Source: an uncultured Actinomycetota bacterium (GTDB lineage Bacteria; Actinomycetota; UBA4738; HRBIN12). Taken from it: a stretch of 64,000 nt of DNA. The stretch covers positions 69,444-133,443 of the forward strand of contig CAWAPY010000018.1 of the NCBI GenBank assembly GCA_963784055.1. Reading direction: 5' to 3'. The notes under the pieces are model-generated. The model was not told the DNA's origin. It worked only from the letters and a program-made list of their open reading frames with translations, and searched no databases. Position 1 is the first letter of the stretch. The number at the start of each line of letters is the position of its first letter. A program made the position numbers and the translations under genes. Shown here in pieces: positions 10,341-21,859 of this stretch.

Positions 10341-12569
10341 TCAGCCAAGGAGGGAGTCCAGCGCTCGCATCCGATCGGTGAGGCGGAGCGCCATCGTCGT
10401 CGCGAGCCACCGGTGCAGCGCCGCGGCGAGCTCCGGCTCCTCGGCCTCGAGCCGCTCGATCGACCCGCGGTCGATGCGCAGGACCACGCTCGGGACCTCG
10501 GCCACCACATCGGCCGTGCGCGCGATGCCCGTGTAGTGCGCGATCTCGCCGACGACGACCCCCGGACGGAGCGTCGACAGCCGCAGCCGCGTGCCTTCGG
10601 GCGTGACGGTCTGCACGGCCAGGCGCCCGGACTCGAGCACGTAGACGTCGCCCGGCGGGTCGTCCTGGTGGAGCAGGACCGTGCCCTCGGCCAACGAGAC
10701 GCGCTCGAGGTGGGCGGCGAGGCCCGGTGGCAGAGCGTCGGGGCCGGCGGCGGGGTGCTCCCGCTTCGCCTCGGTGAGGCCGGGGGCCGACAGCAGCGCG
10801 TCCTCGCACCGCTGCAGCCCTCGGTCCAGGTCGGGCTCGAAGGAGACGAGTTCCTCCGTCTCGTCCACGCCTCCGCGGGCCAGCTGTGCGCGCACCGGGT
10901 CGGAGGCGCCAGTGAACACGACCTCGAAGCCGGAGGCCTTCGCCAGGCGGAGCACCTTCACGAACGAGACGACCGCCGAGGAGTCCACGCCGGTCACGCG
11001 CCGCAGATCGATCAGCAGGAACCGCGGCGGCGTGTCCTCTTCCACGCGCCGTCGGATCCGCTCCAGCAGGCGGTTCGTCGATCCGAAGAACACGAACCCG
11101 CTCACCCGCAGGATCTGCACGCGGTCGGAGAGCCCGCGAAGCTCGGCGCGTTCCGTGGCCGGCCGATCGACGTTGGAGCGATAGGTCTCGCCGAAGGCGA
11201 CCTCCCTGACCAGCTCGATCCGGCCGTAGCTGATGGCGAACAGCACGACCGCGAGGACCAGGCCGATCACCACCCCCTCCTTGAACCCCCAGACGATGAT
11301 CCCCGCCAGGATCGCGAGCACCACGCCGTATTCGAGGCGCGGCAGCGACCTCCGCTTGTCCCAGACCCACTCGACCATGAAGGCGAGCCCGAGGAACACC
11401 AGCACGCCCCCGACGATCATGCGCGGGATCAACCCGACGACCTCGGCGCCGACCACCACGGCGGCCAGGGGCACCAACGCCGCGATCAACCCCGCCGCTC
11501 GGGCGTCGACGTTCATCCGTGCCGCGAGCGCTGTGAGAGACAGGGCGTGGTAGCCGGGGATTCCTCCGAGCGCTCCCGAGACGACGTTCAAGACCCCTGC
11601 GTCTCGCATCTCCCGGTTCGTGTCGAGGTCCCGATCCAAGACGAGCTCGGTGCCGCTGATGTTGAACAGGATCGCCATCGTGGCCACGAACACCGCGGGC
11701 ACGATCCCGGCTGATGTTCCACCGGCAGTCCACCACGATCCGAGCACCGAGAGCCAGTCGGCGCCGCCGAGCGCGCGGAACGCCCATGGCTTCCACGGCC
11801 GCGCCGTCTCACCCGATCCGAACAGCAGCCACCCCTGATCACGGACCTCGTCGATCGACGAGCCCGTCGCGACCATCCCCACCACGAACACCACGAGTCC
11901 GATCGCGATCACCGCCGGGATCACGAGCGGGCGCTTGATCTTCCGCACCGCGATCAAGAGGATCACACCGAACGTGAGCGCCGGGATCCAGTGGACGAGC
12001 TGGTATTCGCGGATCATCGAGGGGACCGTGCGCAGATGCAGGATCGTCCCCGTGGAGACGTAGATCCCACCCTTGAAGAGCAGCCATCCCGTGCCGGCGA
12101 GGAACCCGCCGACGACCGGATACGGCACGAACCGGATCAGCGCACCGAGCCGGAACCTCCCGATCACCGTGAACAAGATCCCGCACAGGACCGTCACCAC
12201 GAGGGTCGCGGCGACGACGGTCAGGAAGATGTCGGGACGATCGTGGACCTCCAACCCGGACTGCCTGGCGATGAGGTCGAGGTCGGCGGCCTTCGCCGCC
12301 GCGGCGGAGGCGATGAGCCCGAGAACGGCCGCCGCGGCGTCCTGCACGCTGCCGACGACGCCCCGGGAGCCGGAGCGCCAGGCCAAGAACGCGAGCGTCA
12401 GCGCCGCCGCTCCGAGGTACAAACCCATGCCATCCGGCAGGCGGGCGCCCAGCAAGCCACCGAAGACGAGGGCGGCGAACGCGATCGCCAGCACACATTC
12501 GACGGCGCCGATGATCAGGCCGGCGGCGACCGAGGCGAGCCACGAGGTGGGCCGTCGCTGTTCGACCAT
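10341..12569 (-). CDS. SulP-family anion transporter fused to STAS and cyclic-nucleotide-binding domains
   Basis: Intact 742 aa. Multi-TM SulP core (FVPYPVVGGFLAGTGWLL), STAS (ILRVSGFVFFGSTNRLL...LLIDLRRVTGVDSSAV), cNMP domain (GDVYVLESGRLAV...LRPGVVVGEIA...RTADVVA). GGGAGGG lies upstream of ATG 12569. Confidence 0.85.
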   Translation of the reverse strand: MVEQRRPTSWLASVAAGLIIGAVECVLAIAFAALVFGGLLGARLPDGMGLYLGAAALTLAFLAWRSGSRGVVGSVQDAAAAVLGLIASAAAAKAADLDLIARQSGLEVHDRPDIFLTVVAATLVVTVLCGILFTVIGRFRLGALIRFVPYPVVGGFLAGTGWLLFKGGIYVSTGTILHLRTVPSMIREYQLVHWIPALTFGVILLIAVRKIKRPLVIPAVIAIGLVVFVVGMVATGSSIDEVRDQGWLLFGSGETARPWKPWAFRALGGADWLSVLGSWWTAGGTSAGIVPAVFVATMAILFNISGTELVLDRDLDTNREMRDAGVLNVVSGALGGIPGYHALSLTALAARMNVDARAAGLIAALVPLAAVVVGAEVVGLIPRMIVGGVLVFLGLAFMVEWVWDKRRSLPRLEYGVVLAILAGIIVWGFKEGVVIGLVLAVVLFAISYGRIELVREVAFGETYRSNVDRPATERAELRGLSDRVQILRVSGFVFFGSTNRLLERIRRRVEEDTPPRFLLIDLRRVTGVDSSAVVSFVKVLRLAKASGFEVVFTGASDPVRAQLARGGVDETEELVSFEPDLDRGLQRCEDALLSAPGLTEAKREHPAAGPDALPPGLAAHLERVSLAEGTVLLHQDDPPGDVYVLESGRLAVQTVTPEGTRLRLSTLRPGVVVGEIAHYTGIARTADVVAEVPSVVLRIDRGSIERLEAEEPELAAALHRWLATTMALRLTDRMRALDSLLG

Positions 12570-12588
12570 CCCTAACCCTCCCGTCCCG

Positions 12589-14775
12589 TCAGTCGAGCAG
12601 CACGTCGAAGGTTCGCATCGTGTCGGTCAGCCGCTCCGCCAGCGTGGTGGCGAGCCACCGGTGGAGCGCCGCGGCGAGCTCCGGCTCCTCGGCCTCGAGG
12701 CGCTCTATCGCCTCGCGGTCGATGCGGAGGACCACGCTGGGAACATCAGCCACCACGTCGGCGGTACGCGGGACACCCGCGTAGAACGCGATCTCGCCGA
12801 CCACGACCCCCGGCCGGAGCGTCCGCAGCCGGAGCCTGGTGCCCTCGGGCGTGACCGTCCCCACGCTCAGACGTCCAGACTCGAGCACGTAGACGTCGCC
12901 CGGCGAGTCGTCCTGGTGGAGCAGGACCGTGCCCTCGGGCACCGAGACGCGCTCGAGGTGGGCGGCGAGACCTGGTGGCAGACCCTCGAGGCGACGGCCG
13001 GCGGGGTGATCCCCCAGAGCCTCGGCCAGTTCGGGGGCGCTGAGCAGCGCGTCCTCGCATCGCTGCAGCCCTCGATCCAGGTCGGGCTCGAAAGAGGCGA
13101 GCCCATCGCGTTCGACCATGCCTCCGCGCGCCAGCTGGGCTCGGACCGGATCGGACGCGGCCGTGAACACGACTTCGGATCCGGCGGCCTCCGCCAGCGT
13201 GAGCACTTTCACGAGCGAGACGACCGCGGAGGAATCGACGCCCGTCACGCGCCGAAAGTCGATCACCAGGAACCGGGGCGGCGCGGCCCCTCCCACGCGG
13301 CGCCGGACCCACTCGAGCAGGCGGTTCGCCGACCCGAAGAACACGAACCCGCTCACCCGCAGGATCTGGACACGATCGGAGAACGTGCGGAGCTGGGCGC
13401 GCTCGGTCGCCGGTCGATCGACGTTGCTGCGATACGTATCGCCGAACGCGACTTCGTGCACGAGCTCGATCCTGCCGTAGCTGACCGCGAACAACACGAC
13501 GGCGAGCACTGAGCCGAGGACCACCCCGATCAGGAACCCCCAGGCGATGACCCCCGCGAGGATCAAGAGCACGACCGCGTACTCGAGCGGCGGCAGCAGC
13601 CGTCGCTTGTCCCACACCCACTCGACGATGGATGCCAGGCCGAGGTACCCGAGCACACCCCCGACGATCATCCGCGGATCAGCCCCACGAACGAAGCGCC
13701 GAACACGACGACGGACAGCGGCACGAGCGCCGCGACCAGGCCTGCAACCCGGGCATCCACGCGCGTCCGTGTCGCCAGCTCCGTTGCGGGAAGCGCGTGG
13801 GAGCCGGGGATGCCCCCGAGAGCGCCCGAGACGACGTTCAGGACCCCGGCGTCGCGGAGCTCCCGGTTCGTGTCGAGGTCCCGGTCGAGGATCCGCTCGG
13901 TGCCGCTGATGTTGAACAGGATCGCCAACGTGGCCACGAAGACCGCGGTCACGATCGCGGCCCCCGACTCGAGCACGGCCAGCCAGTCCGCGCCGCCGAG
14001 CGCGCTGAGCGTCCACGTCTTCCACAAGATCGCCGGGTCGAACGATCCGAGCAGCCACCCTCCGCCGCGGACCTCCTCGATCGAGGAACCGGTGGCGACC
14101 ATCCCGACGAAGAACACCACGAGCCCGAGCACGATCACCGCCGGCATCACGAACGTGCGCGTGATCGACCCGCACCGCGATCAGCAGGATCAGGCCGAAC
14201 GCCAGGGCGGGGAGCCAGCGCTGCAACGCCGAGGTCTCCAGCAGATCGCTCAGAGGTGTGAAGAGCGGCGACACGCCCGAGGCGACATAGATCCCACCTT
14301 TGAAGAGCAGCCATCCCGTGCCGGCGAGGAGCCCCCCGACGACCGGATACGGCACGAACCGGATCACGTCGCCCCTCCGCCGAGACCCGAGCCAAAGGAA
14401 GACGACCCCGCACAGGACCATCACCACCACGATGGCGGCGAGGGAGGTGAGGAAGATATCGTTCGGGCTCCCGGCGCCGTGCACGACGGCGCTCGTCGAG
14501 ACGACCGCCATCAGGGCGGCGCCCGTTCCCTGGAGACCACCGACGATGCCTCGGCGGCCGGCCCGCCAGGCCATGAGCGCGAGCGTCGATGCGGCCGCCC
14601 CGAGGTACAGACCAACTCCGTCGTCCAGGAAGTAAAACTCGAGATAGCCGGCGAAGACGAGGGCCGCGAAGGAGACCGCGAAGACGACCTCGACGGCTCC
14701 GATCACGATCCCTGCGACGACCGTGCCGAAGGTGCCGGCTCGTTTCCCGGGAACGGTTTCCTCGACCACCCCCAT
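12589..14775 (-). pseudogene. Second SulP-STAS-cNMP transporter (tandem paralog); two frame breaks (about 14160 and about 13680)
   Basis: ATG 14775 (MGVVEETVPGKRAG...). The middle TM block sits in the 13668..14150 frame (MMPAVIVLGLVVFFVGMVATGSS...). The C-terminal half returns to the 12589 frame and is near-identical in motif order to the 10341..12569 gene. Confidence 0.8.
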
Positions 14776-14904
14776 GCGGGACGACCCTAGCCGCAGTGCC
14801 CGGACCGCGCTAGTCGCTGAGGTTCCGCCGCCGGCGCGCCCTCGAGCGCGATGGCCCCTGGCGTTCCGGCGTCCTGTCCCTGCGAGTCGATAAGGTCCGG
14901 GTCC

Positions 14905-15701
<797 letters not shown>

Positions 15702-15705
<4 letters not shown>

Positions 15706-16457
15706 CGAAGGTCTGGGTGCTCGTCCAGCGGTCGATCCGCGAGGCGTTGCGGACGCCGGAGGCGTTGTTGCCGACGCTGTTCATCCCGCTGTTCTTCCTC
15801 GTCGTCAACGTGGGTCAGGCCGCCAGGATCTTCCCCTCCGATACCACGCCCTTCCTCAGCGGTCAGAACTACGCCGCCTTCCAGCTGCCGAGCTCGCTGC
15901 TGCTCGCCGCCTCCTTCGGAACGGCAGCCCTGTATCTCGTCGAGGAGATCGAGGGCGGCTACTTCGACAAGCTGCGGGCAGCGCCGGTCCCGAGGACCGC
16001 GATCATCTTCGGCCGGCTCTCGGCCGAAGCGCTCAAGAGCGCTGCGATCGCGGCGGTGATGGTGCTGGTCGCGCTGCCCTTCGGCATCACGATCGCCAGC
16101 GGTCCCCTCGGCTTCGTGCTCCTGGTCGTGCTGACCGCGGCGTGGGCCGTCGTGTTCTCCGGTTTCATGCAGCTGATCGCGCTGAAGACGCGGAGCGCCG
16201 CGGCGACCAACTCCGCCGGGCTCATCTTCTTCCCGCTGCTCTTCCTGACCCCGAGCTTCGTCCCGCGTGATCTGCTCACCAGGCCCATGGAGATCGCGGC
16301 GACCTACAACCCCGTCACGTACATCATGGAGGCGCTGCGCTCGCTCGTCCTCGAGGACCTCGCCTGGCCGGCGATCGGCAGAGGCTTCGGCGTGGTCGCC
16401 CTCCTGGGCGGCTTGATGGTCGCGCTCAGCATCCGCTCCATCCGACGCTACGACTGA
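15702..16457 (+). CDS. ABC-2 type transporter permease (DrrB-like)
   Basis: ATGA overlap with the ATPase gene. 251 aa with about 6 hydrophobic segments. Confidence 0.8.
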
Positions 16458-16953
16458 AGGACCTTGCTCCAGGTTCGGGGCTCACGACCGCACGTGGAGC
16501 TGCGCCGACCCCCGGCTAGGATCGACCGCTCATCGGCTCGCTTCACTCTGAACGTGTGGAGCTATCGATCGATCACCGCGCTGCGATCGAGAGCGCCACG
16601 TGCCACGAGTTGCCTTCTCTTCTATGCCTCTGATCCGGGGTTGTGATGCACCTGGGGAACACCCACCGGCGTCTGCCAGTCCTCCTTGCTACAGCGATTG
16701 GATCAGCAGCTCGTTTGCGCCTACCCCGTGAACTTGTTCGGCATCCGATGGCAACTAAGGGGTGCAACACGGGGAGCCGCGCCGGATGGAGATATGCATA
16801 GGTGCCGCAAGCCGCACCGAACGGTGCAGGCCGTGATTGCGTCAGCAGCCAGCGTCATCGACCGCCTTCAATCTCGCCGCACAGCCTGTGCCAGGGCGCC
16901 GCCTGGCGCGGCAATGCAACGTACCGTGTGCGAAGACGAAGGAGAGATCGACG

Positions 16954-17400
16954 ATGAACGTCCTCACACGTCACCTAACGCGTCTGGCGGTGTTCACGCT
17001 TGCCCTTGGAATCTTCATCCCGGCCGCGATGGCGCATATCACCTCTGGGAACCGGATCCGCATCTTCGATGGAAACCTCGTGGCGATCCAGCCCGACTAC
17101 GAGCGAACACCCAACTCGTCATACGCCACAACGACGGTATCGGTGCACCATCACTACTTCAACCATCCGGGCGTGACAGCGTGTCCCGGGGCTGGCAACG
17201 CGTACCGGATCCGCATCGTCCATGAGGAGAGGTTCCAACCGGACGACTTCTACGCGTTCCGAACGCTCCTCTGCGAGGGCAGCGGAGACACCGACTGGGA
17301 CGTCGGCGAGAGTGGCAACTGGCACACCGATATGCAGAAGGAAACAGGCGCCACGACGACGCCCTGGTCCGTCGAGGGGCACCTCCATTACCCGAACTGA
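16954..17400 (+). CDS. Small secreted hypothetical protein (148 aa), predicted mature N-terminus His
   Basis: GAAGGAGAG lies 7 nt upstream of ATG 16954. Signal peptide MNVLTRHLTRLAVFTLALGIFIPAAMA|HITSG. Contains an HHHY run and 2 Cys. Sits in an AT-richer patch. Confidence 0.55.
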   Translation: MNVLTRHLTRLAVFTLALGIFIPAAMAHITSGNRIRIFDGNLVAIQPDYERTPNSSYATTTVSVHHHYFNHPGVTACPGAGNAYRIRIVHEERFQPDDFYAFRTLLCEGSGDTDWDVGESGNWHTDMQKETGATTTPWSVEGHLHYPN

Positions 17401-17468
17401 GTGGATCGAAGGAGGACGCGACAACAGGAGGAGCCGGGGCTCCTCCGCTCAAGCCTGAAGGGAGGGAC

Positions 17469-18374
17469 GTGAGCGCTCAACCGATCGAATGTCGAGGCGT
17501 CAGGAAGACCTTCGGCCGCCGGACGGCGCTGGACGATGTCTCGTTCAGCGTCGGCCCCGGGGAGATCTGCGGCTTCCTCGGCCGCAACGGTGCAGGGAAG
17601 ACAACCACCATCCGGATCCTGCTCGGCCTGCTCTTCCCGACATCTGGTTCGGTCTCGGTCCTCGGCGAGGGTCCACCACTATCTGTGGAAAGTGCGCGCC
17701 GCATCGGCTTCGCCCTCGAACAGCCTCCTTTCTACCCGTGGTTGACGGCGCGCGAGAACCTGCGATCGATCCTCTGGGCGAACCGGGGTTCGCTGACCCG
17801 AGACGACCTCGACCGATCGTTGAGTCGAGTGGACCTGACCCGTGATGCAGACAGGAAGGTCAAGGAATTCTCCCACGGGATGCGTCAGCGTTTGGCGTTG
17901 GCATGTGCGCTGGCTCCATCCCCGGACGTGATGGTGCTCGACGAGCCGACAACGGGCCTCGACCCAGAAGGGATACACGACGTCCGTACCATCCTGCGCG
18001 AAGAGACGGAACGCGGCTGTGCGGTCCTATTCTCCAGCCATCAGCTGAGTGAGGTCGAGAAGGCCTGTGATCGAGTGGTTGTCCTCGAGCGTGGCCGCCT
18101 CGTAGCGGCAGGAACGCTCGAGGAGCTCGGAGGCCTCGACCAAAGGACCGAGGTGCGGGTCCGCGAAGAGGATCGGCAGCGAACGATCGACGCGCTGGCC
18201 TCATTCGATGTGGACGACCAGAGCGCTGGACGGCTGCTCGTCTCCAACGCGTCCGCGCGGGAGGTCCTCGAGCTCCTCTACAAGCGGGAGATCGTCCCCG
18301 AAGGCGTCACGGACGCCCCGCCGAGTCTCGAGGAGCGGTTCCTCGAGATCACGGGCCGGGAAGGTGCGCGTTGA
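17469..18374 (+). CDS. ABC transporter ATP-binding protein
   Basis: GRNGAGKTTT (Walker A), FSHGMRQRL (signature), MVLDEPTTGLD (Walker B). GGGAGGG upstream of GTG 17469. Confidence 0.85.
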   Translation: MSAQPIECRGVRKTFGRRTALDDVSFSVGPGEICGFLGRNGAGKTTTIRILLGLLFPTSGSVSVLGEGPPLSVESARRIGFALEQPPFYPWLTARENLRSILWANRGSLTRDDLDRSLSRVDLTRDADRKVKEFSHGMRQRLALACALAPSPDVMVLDEPTTGLDPEGIHDVRTILREETERGCAVLFSSHQLSEVEKACDRVVVLERGRLVAAGTLEELGGLDQRTEVRVREEDRQRTIDALASFDVDDQSAGRLLVSNASAREVLELLYKREIVPEGVTDAPPSLEERFLEITGREGAR

Positions 18375-19318
18375 GCGAGTTGCTGCGCCTCCGACGTCCG
18401 CTCGTCGGTGTCGTCGCGGTCGTTCTCCTCGGGGCGATCCTGATCCTCTTCTCGGTGGTTCAAGCAGCAGCGCACCGTCAGTGGGTTCGGGCCACCGAGG
18501 CGCTCGAGCTCCTCGAGAACGACCCGCAGGCGTACTGCAAGGACTTCGACATCGACCCCTCATCCGCGGAATGCGAGGCGTTCATCCGCGAGGAGGCCCG
18601 GGTCCAAAGCCTGTACCGGAGGGACACGATCTACCGCTTTCCGCTGGTGTCGGCACAGCACGACCCCCTCGGAGTCGGCGGCGTTGCGGCTGGCTTCCTC
18701 ACCACCGCTCCCGGTGTCCTCGCGATGCTCGTGGTCTCGGCCGGGTACACCGCCGGCGAGTGGACCCGAAGGACGATGGGCTGGCTCATCGCCAGAGACC
18801 CGAGACGCGTCCGGATGGTCTTCGTCCGTTTCATCGTCACATGGCTGATCGGTGTGGTCTTGATCGCAGTCGTTTGGCTCGCTCTGCTCGCCATGATCCC
18901 TCTGTTCCGGGCGCTCTACGAGCTTCCTCCGCCGCCGGAGGGGCTCGACTTCAGTGCCTTCGCCCTCGAGCGGGTGATGAGGTCGGTCGCCGTGCTCGGC
19001 GTCTATGCGGCGATCGGCACTGCGGCCTCCTTCGTCACGCGGACGCCGCTCGCCGCCTTCCTCGTAGGTACGTTCGTCCTCGCCGCAGGCGTCGCGGTTT
19101 CCTCGGTCGTGCCATGGCATCGGATCTCGGTCGGCTATCTGGTCGGCGGGTGGATGGAGTTCTCGCCGGATAACCTCCTCGTCGATCATCTGTGGGTCGA
19201 CGCGTTCCCTGGCCGGATGACCAGCGACCTCAGCCTCGCGATCGGCCTGGCCGCGACGGCTGTTGCGGCGCTCGCGGTGGCAAGCCTCGTGGCACGCCGG
19301 TCCGCGGTTCCCGTGTGA
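18371..19318 (+). CDS. ABC-2-like permease / membrane protein
   Basis: TTGA start/stop overlap with the ATPase gene. N-terminal TM, an extracytoplasmic loop of about 60 aa, then about 5 TM segments. Confidence 0.6.
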   Translation: MSELLRLRRPLVGVVAVVLLGAILILFSVVQAAAHRQWVRATEALELLENDPQAYCKDFDIDPSSAECEAFIREEARVQSLYRRDTIYRFPLVSAQHDPLGVGGVAAGFLTTAPGVLAMLVVSAGYTAGEWTRRTMGWLIARDPRRVRMVFVRFIVTWLIGVVLIAVVWLALLAMIPLFRALYELPPPPEGLDFSAFALERVMRSVAVLGVYAAIGTAASFVTRTPLAAFLVGTFVLAAGVAVSSVVPWHRISVGYLVGGWMEFSPDNLLVDHLWVDAFPGRMTSDLSLAIGLAATAVAALAVASLVARRSAVPV

Positions 19319-20202
19319 TGCGCCTACCGCGCGGCCGGTTCGGGTCCGAAGCGATGAAGCTGCGCCGACCTCTGATCGCGATGTGCCTGATCGCCGTGCT
19401 CGCCATCGTCGCGCTCGGAGTCATCGCCTACCAGCGAGAGGCGGACCAGCGGTACCGCTCCTTGACGGCGCCCGGCAGCACGTGCGCTCGGAAGACAGAA
19501 TCGACATGCTTCCCGCTCGTCGAACTTCGCGCTGATTTCCCAGGCATCGGCCTCCAGCGAGATCCGCTGGCCCTCGCGGGGATCGCTGCCGGCTTCGCGG
19601 CATCGCTGCCGGGAGCCATCGCCCTGATGACCGTGGCAGCTGCATTCGTTGCCGGCGACTGGGATCGAGGGACGATGGCCGTGATCCTCGCTCGCAACCC
19701 GGATCGTCCACACTATGTCCTGACGAAGTACGTCGTGCTCCTGGCCGGCGGCCTGGCTCTCCTCCTAGGGCTGTGGTTGACGCTCGTCACCCTCACACCC
19801 TTGCTGAACGCCCTTTATCAGCCACAACGCATCCCATCCGGCTTCAGCAGCGCTGTGTTCTCGATGAATCAGGTCGCGCGATCGATCCTCGTCATCGCGG
19901 CATACGCTGGCATCGGGACGGCGTCGGGCATCCTGATTCGCTCCTCACTCGCGTCGCTGGGAGCAAATTTGGCGTTCGTGGGGTTCGGGATCGGGCTGTC
20001 GCGGATCTGGCCGGTATCGTTCGGCTCTTGGGTGGCCGAGTGGATGGGTTTCGACCGTGAGGCGTTCGGGGGCATCCATCTGTGGCCGGTTCACGACGCC
20101 GGCACAGGCATCCTCGAGTCGGCGATTCCGGTTGCCGGCCTCATCGCGTGCGTGCTTCTCCCCCTGGTGGCGATCTGGGTGCTTGGCCGGTCGGACGTGT
20201 AG
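19318..20202 (+). CDS. ABC-2-like permease / membrane protein, paralog of the preceding gene
   Basis: TGATG junction with the preceding gene. Same topology and shared motifs (GDW.RGTM / GEWTRRTMGW; AAYAGIGTAS / GVYAAIGTAAS). Confidence 0.6.
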   Translation: MRLPRGRFGSEAMKLRRPLIAMCLIAVLAIVALGVIAYQREADQRYRSLTAPGSTCARKTESTCFPLVELRADFPGIGLQRDPLALAGIAAGFAASLPGAIALMTVAAAFVAGDWDRGTMAVILARNPDRPHYVLTKYVVLLAGGLALLLGLWLTLVTLTPLLNALYQPQRIPSGFSSAVFSMNQVARSILVIAAYAGIGTASGILIRSSLASLGANLAFVGFGIGLSRIWPVSFGSWVAEWMGFDREAFGGIHLWPVHDAGTGILESAIPVAGLIACVLLPLVAIWVLGRSDV

Positions 20203-20518
20203 CCGACCTCTCGATCGACACCCACGATCAGCCGAAGGCGCATTTCGCATCCAGCGCCACTTCTTTCGAGTCTTCGGTATCACGAAGTTCATCGTGCATG
20301 ATCCTCGGCATTCGGTCCGGATCAGCCTGCATCCTGCTTCTCGCCAGGGGGCTTCGCTTCGTAGATCTTGATCGGCTCGAGCCGAGCGCACCCGCGATGT
20401 CCCCAATCCAGGAGTCGTCACCATCACACTCTCGACCGACTCGGATAGGCTGGTGAACGTTGCCCGACTGCGCCGTCGGTCATGCACCAGGTTCTCGACG
20501 ACGAACTCTTCATGGCCC

Positions 20519-20590
20519 GCCCTCGTAGCTCAGTGGATAGAGCATCGGTTTCCTAAACCGTGTGCGGAGGTTCGATTCCTCCCGGGGGCA
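20519..20590 (+). tRNA. tRNA-Arg (anticodon CCU)
   Basis: Folded by hand. Acceptor GCCCTCG/CGGGGGC (one G-U pair), D arm GCTC-AGTGGATA-GAGC, anticodon arm TCGGT-TTCCTAA-ACCGT, T arm GGAGG-TTCGATT-CCTCC, discriminator A. No encoded CCA. Confidence 0.85.
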
Positions 20591-20595
20591 CCGCT
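20579..20595. repeat. 17-bp direct repeat CTCCCGGGGGCACCGCT (left copy; includes the 3' end of tRNA-Arg)
   Basis: An identical 17-mer occurs at 21860-21876. The two copies directly abut the IS element. Confidence 0.85.
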
Positions 20596-21859
20596 GTGAT
20601 GTCTCAGAGCATCGTGGACGGATGTGTCGGGGCATCGTAGCCGGGACACGTCATCCCTGCGGTTGGTAGTCGCGGTCGGGTCGAGCGGGTGAACGCGCAG
20701 CAGCTCACCATCGGTGGAGAGCACGCGCACGTCGAGGTCGTGCACGAGCATGATCACGCGTTTGCCTCGGTGCCTCGCACCGATCCCGATGTGATGCAGC
20801 TTGGTCCGGTGACGAAGCGTCAGCCGACCGTGCTTGTCGATCCGGTCCTGCCGCACCCGCACGCCGGCACCGACGACGATCTTCGGTCCTGCCGGCCGCG
20901 CTTTGTCCCGGGCCTCGAAGACCACCAGGGCGGGCGCCCCGTAGCCCGGTGCGGCCGGACCTCGTTGTAGTAGGCGACGAACCGATCGACCTGGGTCTGG
21001 AGCACCGCGATCGATCGAGCCGCTGGCTGCTTGGCGAGGAAGGCCTTCATCGTCTGGTGGAACCGCTCGACCTTCCCGCAGGTCTGGGGGTGGTAGGGAC
21101 GGGAATGGCGGTAGTCGATGCCAAGGGCGAGCAGCTCGGTCTGCATCACGTTGGGTCCGCCCCGGTGCCAGGTCGTGTAGACGCAGCCGTTGTCGGTGAG
21201 CAATGCGGCCGGGAACCCCCAGGCGTGCACCGCGCTCTGGAAGACCCGCAGCACCGCTGGCGCGGTCGCGCTGGCCAGCACCCGAGAGGCGACCGCCACA
21301 CGCGAGTGGTCGTCGATGAAGTTCACGATCTCGACCTCGGCGCCATCGGCCAGGCGCCAATGGGTCACGTCGGACTGCCAGCACTCGTTGGGAAGCTTGC
21401 TTCGAACCGGATCCACGAGCTCCGGGGCCGCTTGTGGGGCTGCGGGGTGACGAAGCCCCGTCGCCGGAGAACCCGCCAGATCGTCGAGACCGAAGGTACC
21501 TGCTCGTGCCGCAGACGAGGTGGTAGCGGATCGTCTGAGCGCCGGCATCGAGGCCGAGCTCGGCGAGCTCCTTGCGGAGGGCGACGATCTCATCCTCCAG
21601 GGCATCGGGCGTTCGATGCGGGATCCGCTTGGCGGCGCGCGATCGCGGCTCGATCGCTTTGTAGCCACCCTCGCGGAACCGGCCCACGAGCTTGCCGACG
21701 TAGCTCTTAGACACCCCGTGGGCCGAAGCGACCTCCCGGTAGCTGCGGCCCTCGAGCACCACGGCTTCCACCACGTAGCGAGCCAGATCCATCGCAGACC
21801 CCCGTCGTCGGTGTCCACGATGCTCCGACACAGGTGTCCACTATCCGGTGAACTCCCAG
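20596..21859 (-). mobile_element. IS481-family insertion sequence (about 1.26 kb) inserted immediately 3' of tRNA-Arg
   Basis: Imperfect terminal inverted repeats of about 50 bp. Core motif TGTGTCGGrGCATCGT at 20623-20640 and, as reverse complement, at 21811-21832. Single DDE/rve transposase. Flanked by the 17-bp direct repeat. Confidence 0.8.
20651..21792 (-). pseudogene. IS481-family transposase (HTH plus rve integrase core); about 4 frame breaks as assembled
   Basis: MDLARYVVEAVVLEGRSYREVASAHGVSKSYV...; PSVSTIWRVLRRRGFVTPQPHKRPRSSWIRFEAS (third frame); LPNECWQSDVTHW...DDHSR...LTDNG...HPQTCGKVERFH...YNEVRPHRA; C-terminus ...DRDYQPQG* ending at 20651. The track ORF that runs on into the tRNA is an artefact. 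Confidence 0.8.

Noticed and set aside
16458-16953. Riboswitch or sRNA in the ~500-bp AT-richer leader upstream of the small secreted protein. The same was considered for the 232-bp leader at 61739-61970.
   Set aside because: No conserved riboswitch core could be recognised by eye. Only short generic hairpins are present. A covariance-model scan (Rfam) is needed before any claim.
20203-20518. Short ORFs (for example a minus-strand 34-aa MQADPDRMPRIMHDELRDTEDSKEVALDAKCAFG) in the 316-bp gap before the tRNA.
   Set aside because: No SD, no recognisable motif and very short. Not distinguishable from chance.
20530-20650. Transposase ORF running through the IS inverted repeat into the tRNA gene.
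   Set aside because: A frame change near 20675 gives the family-typical C-terminus ..DRDYQPQG* ending at 20651. The read-through is an artefact of the frame break.
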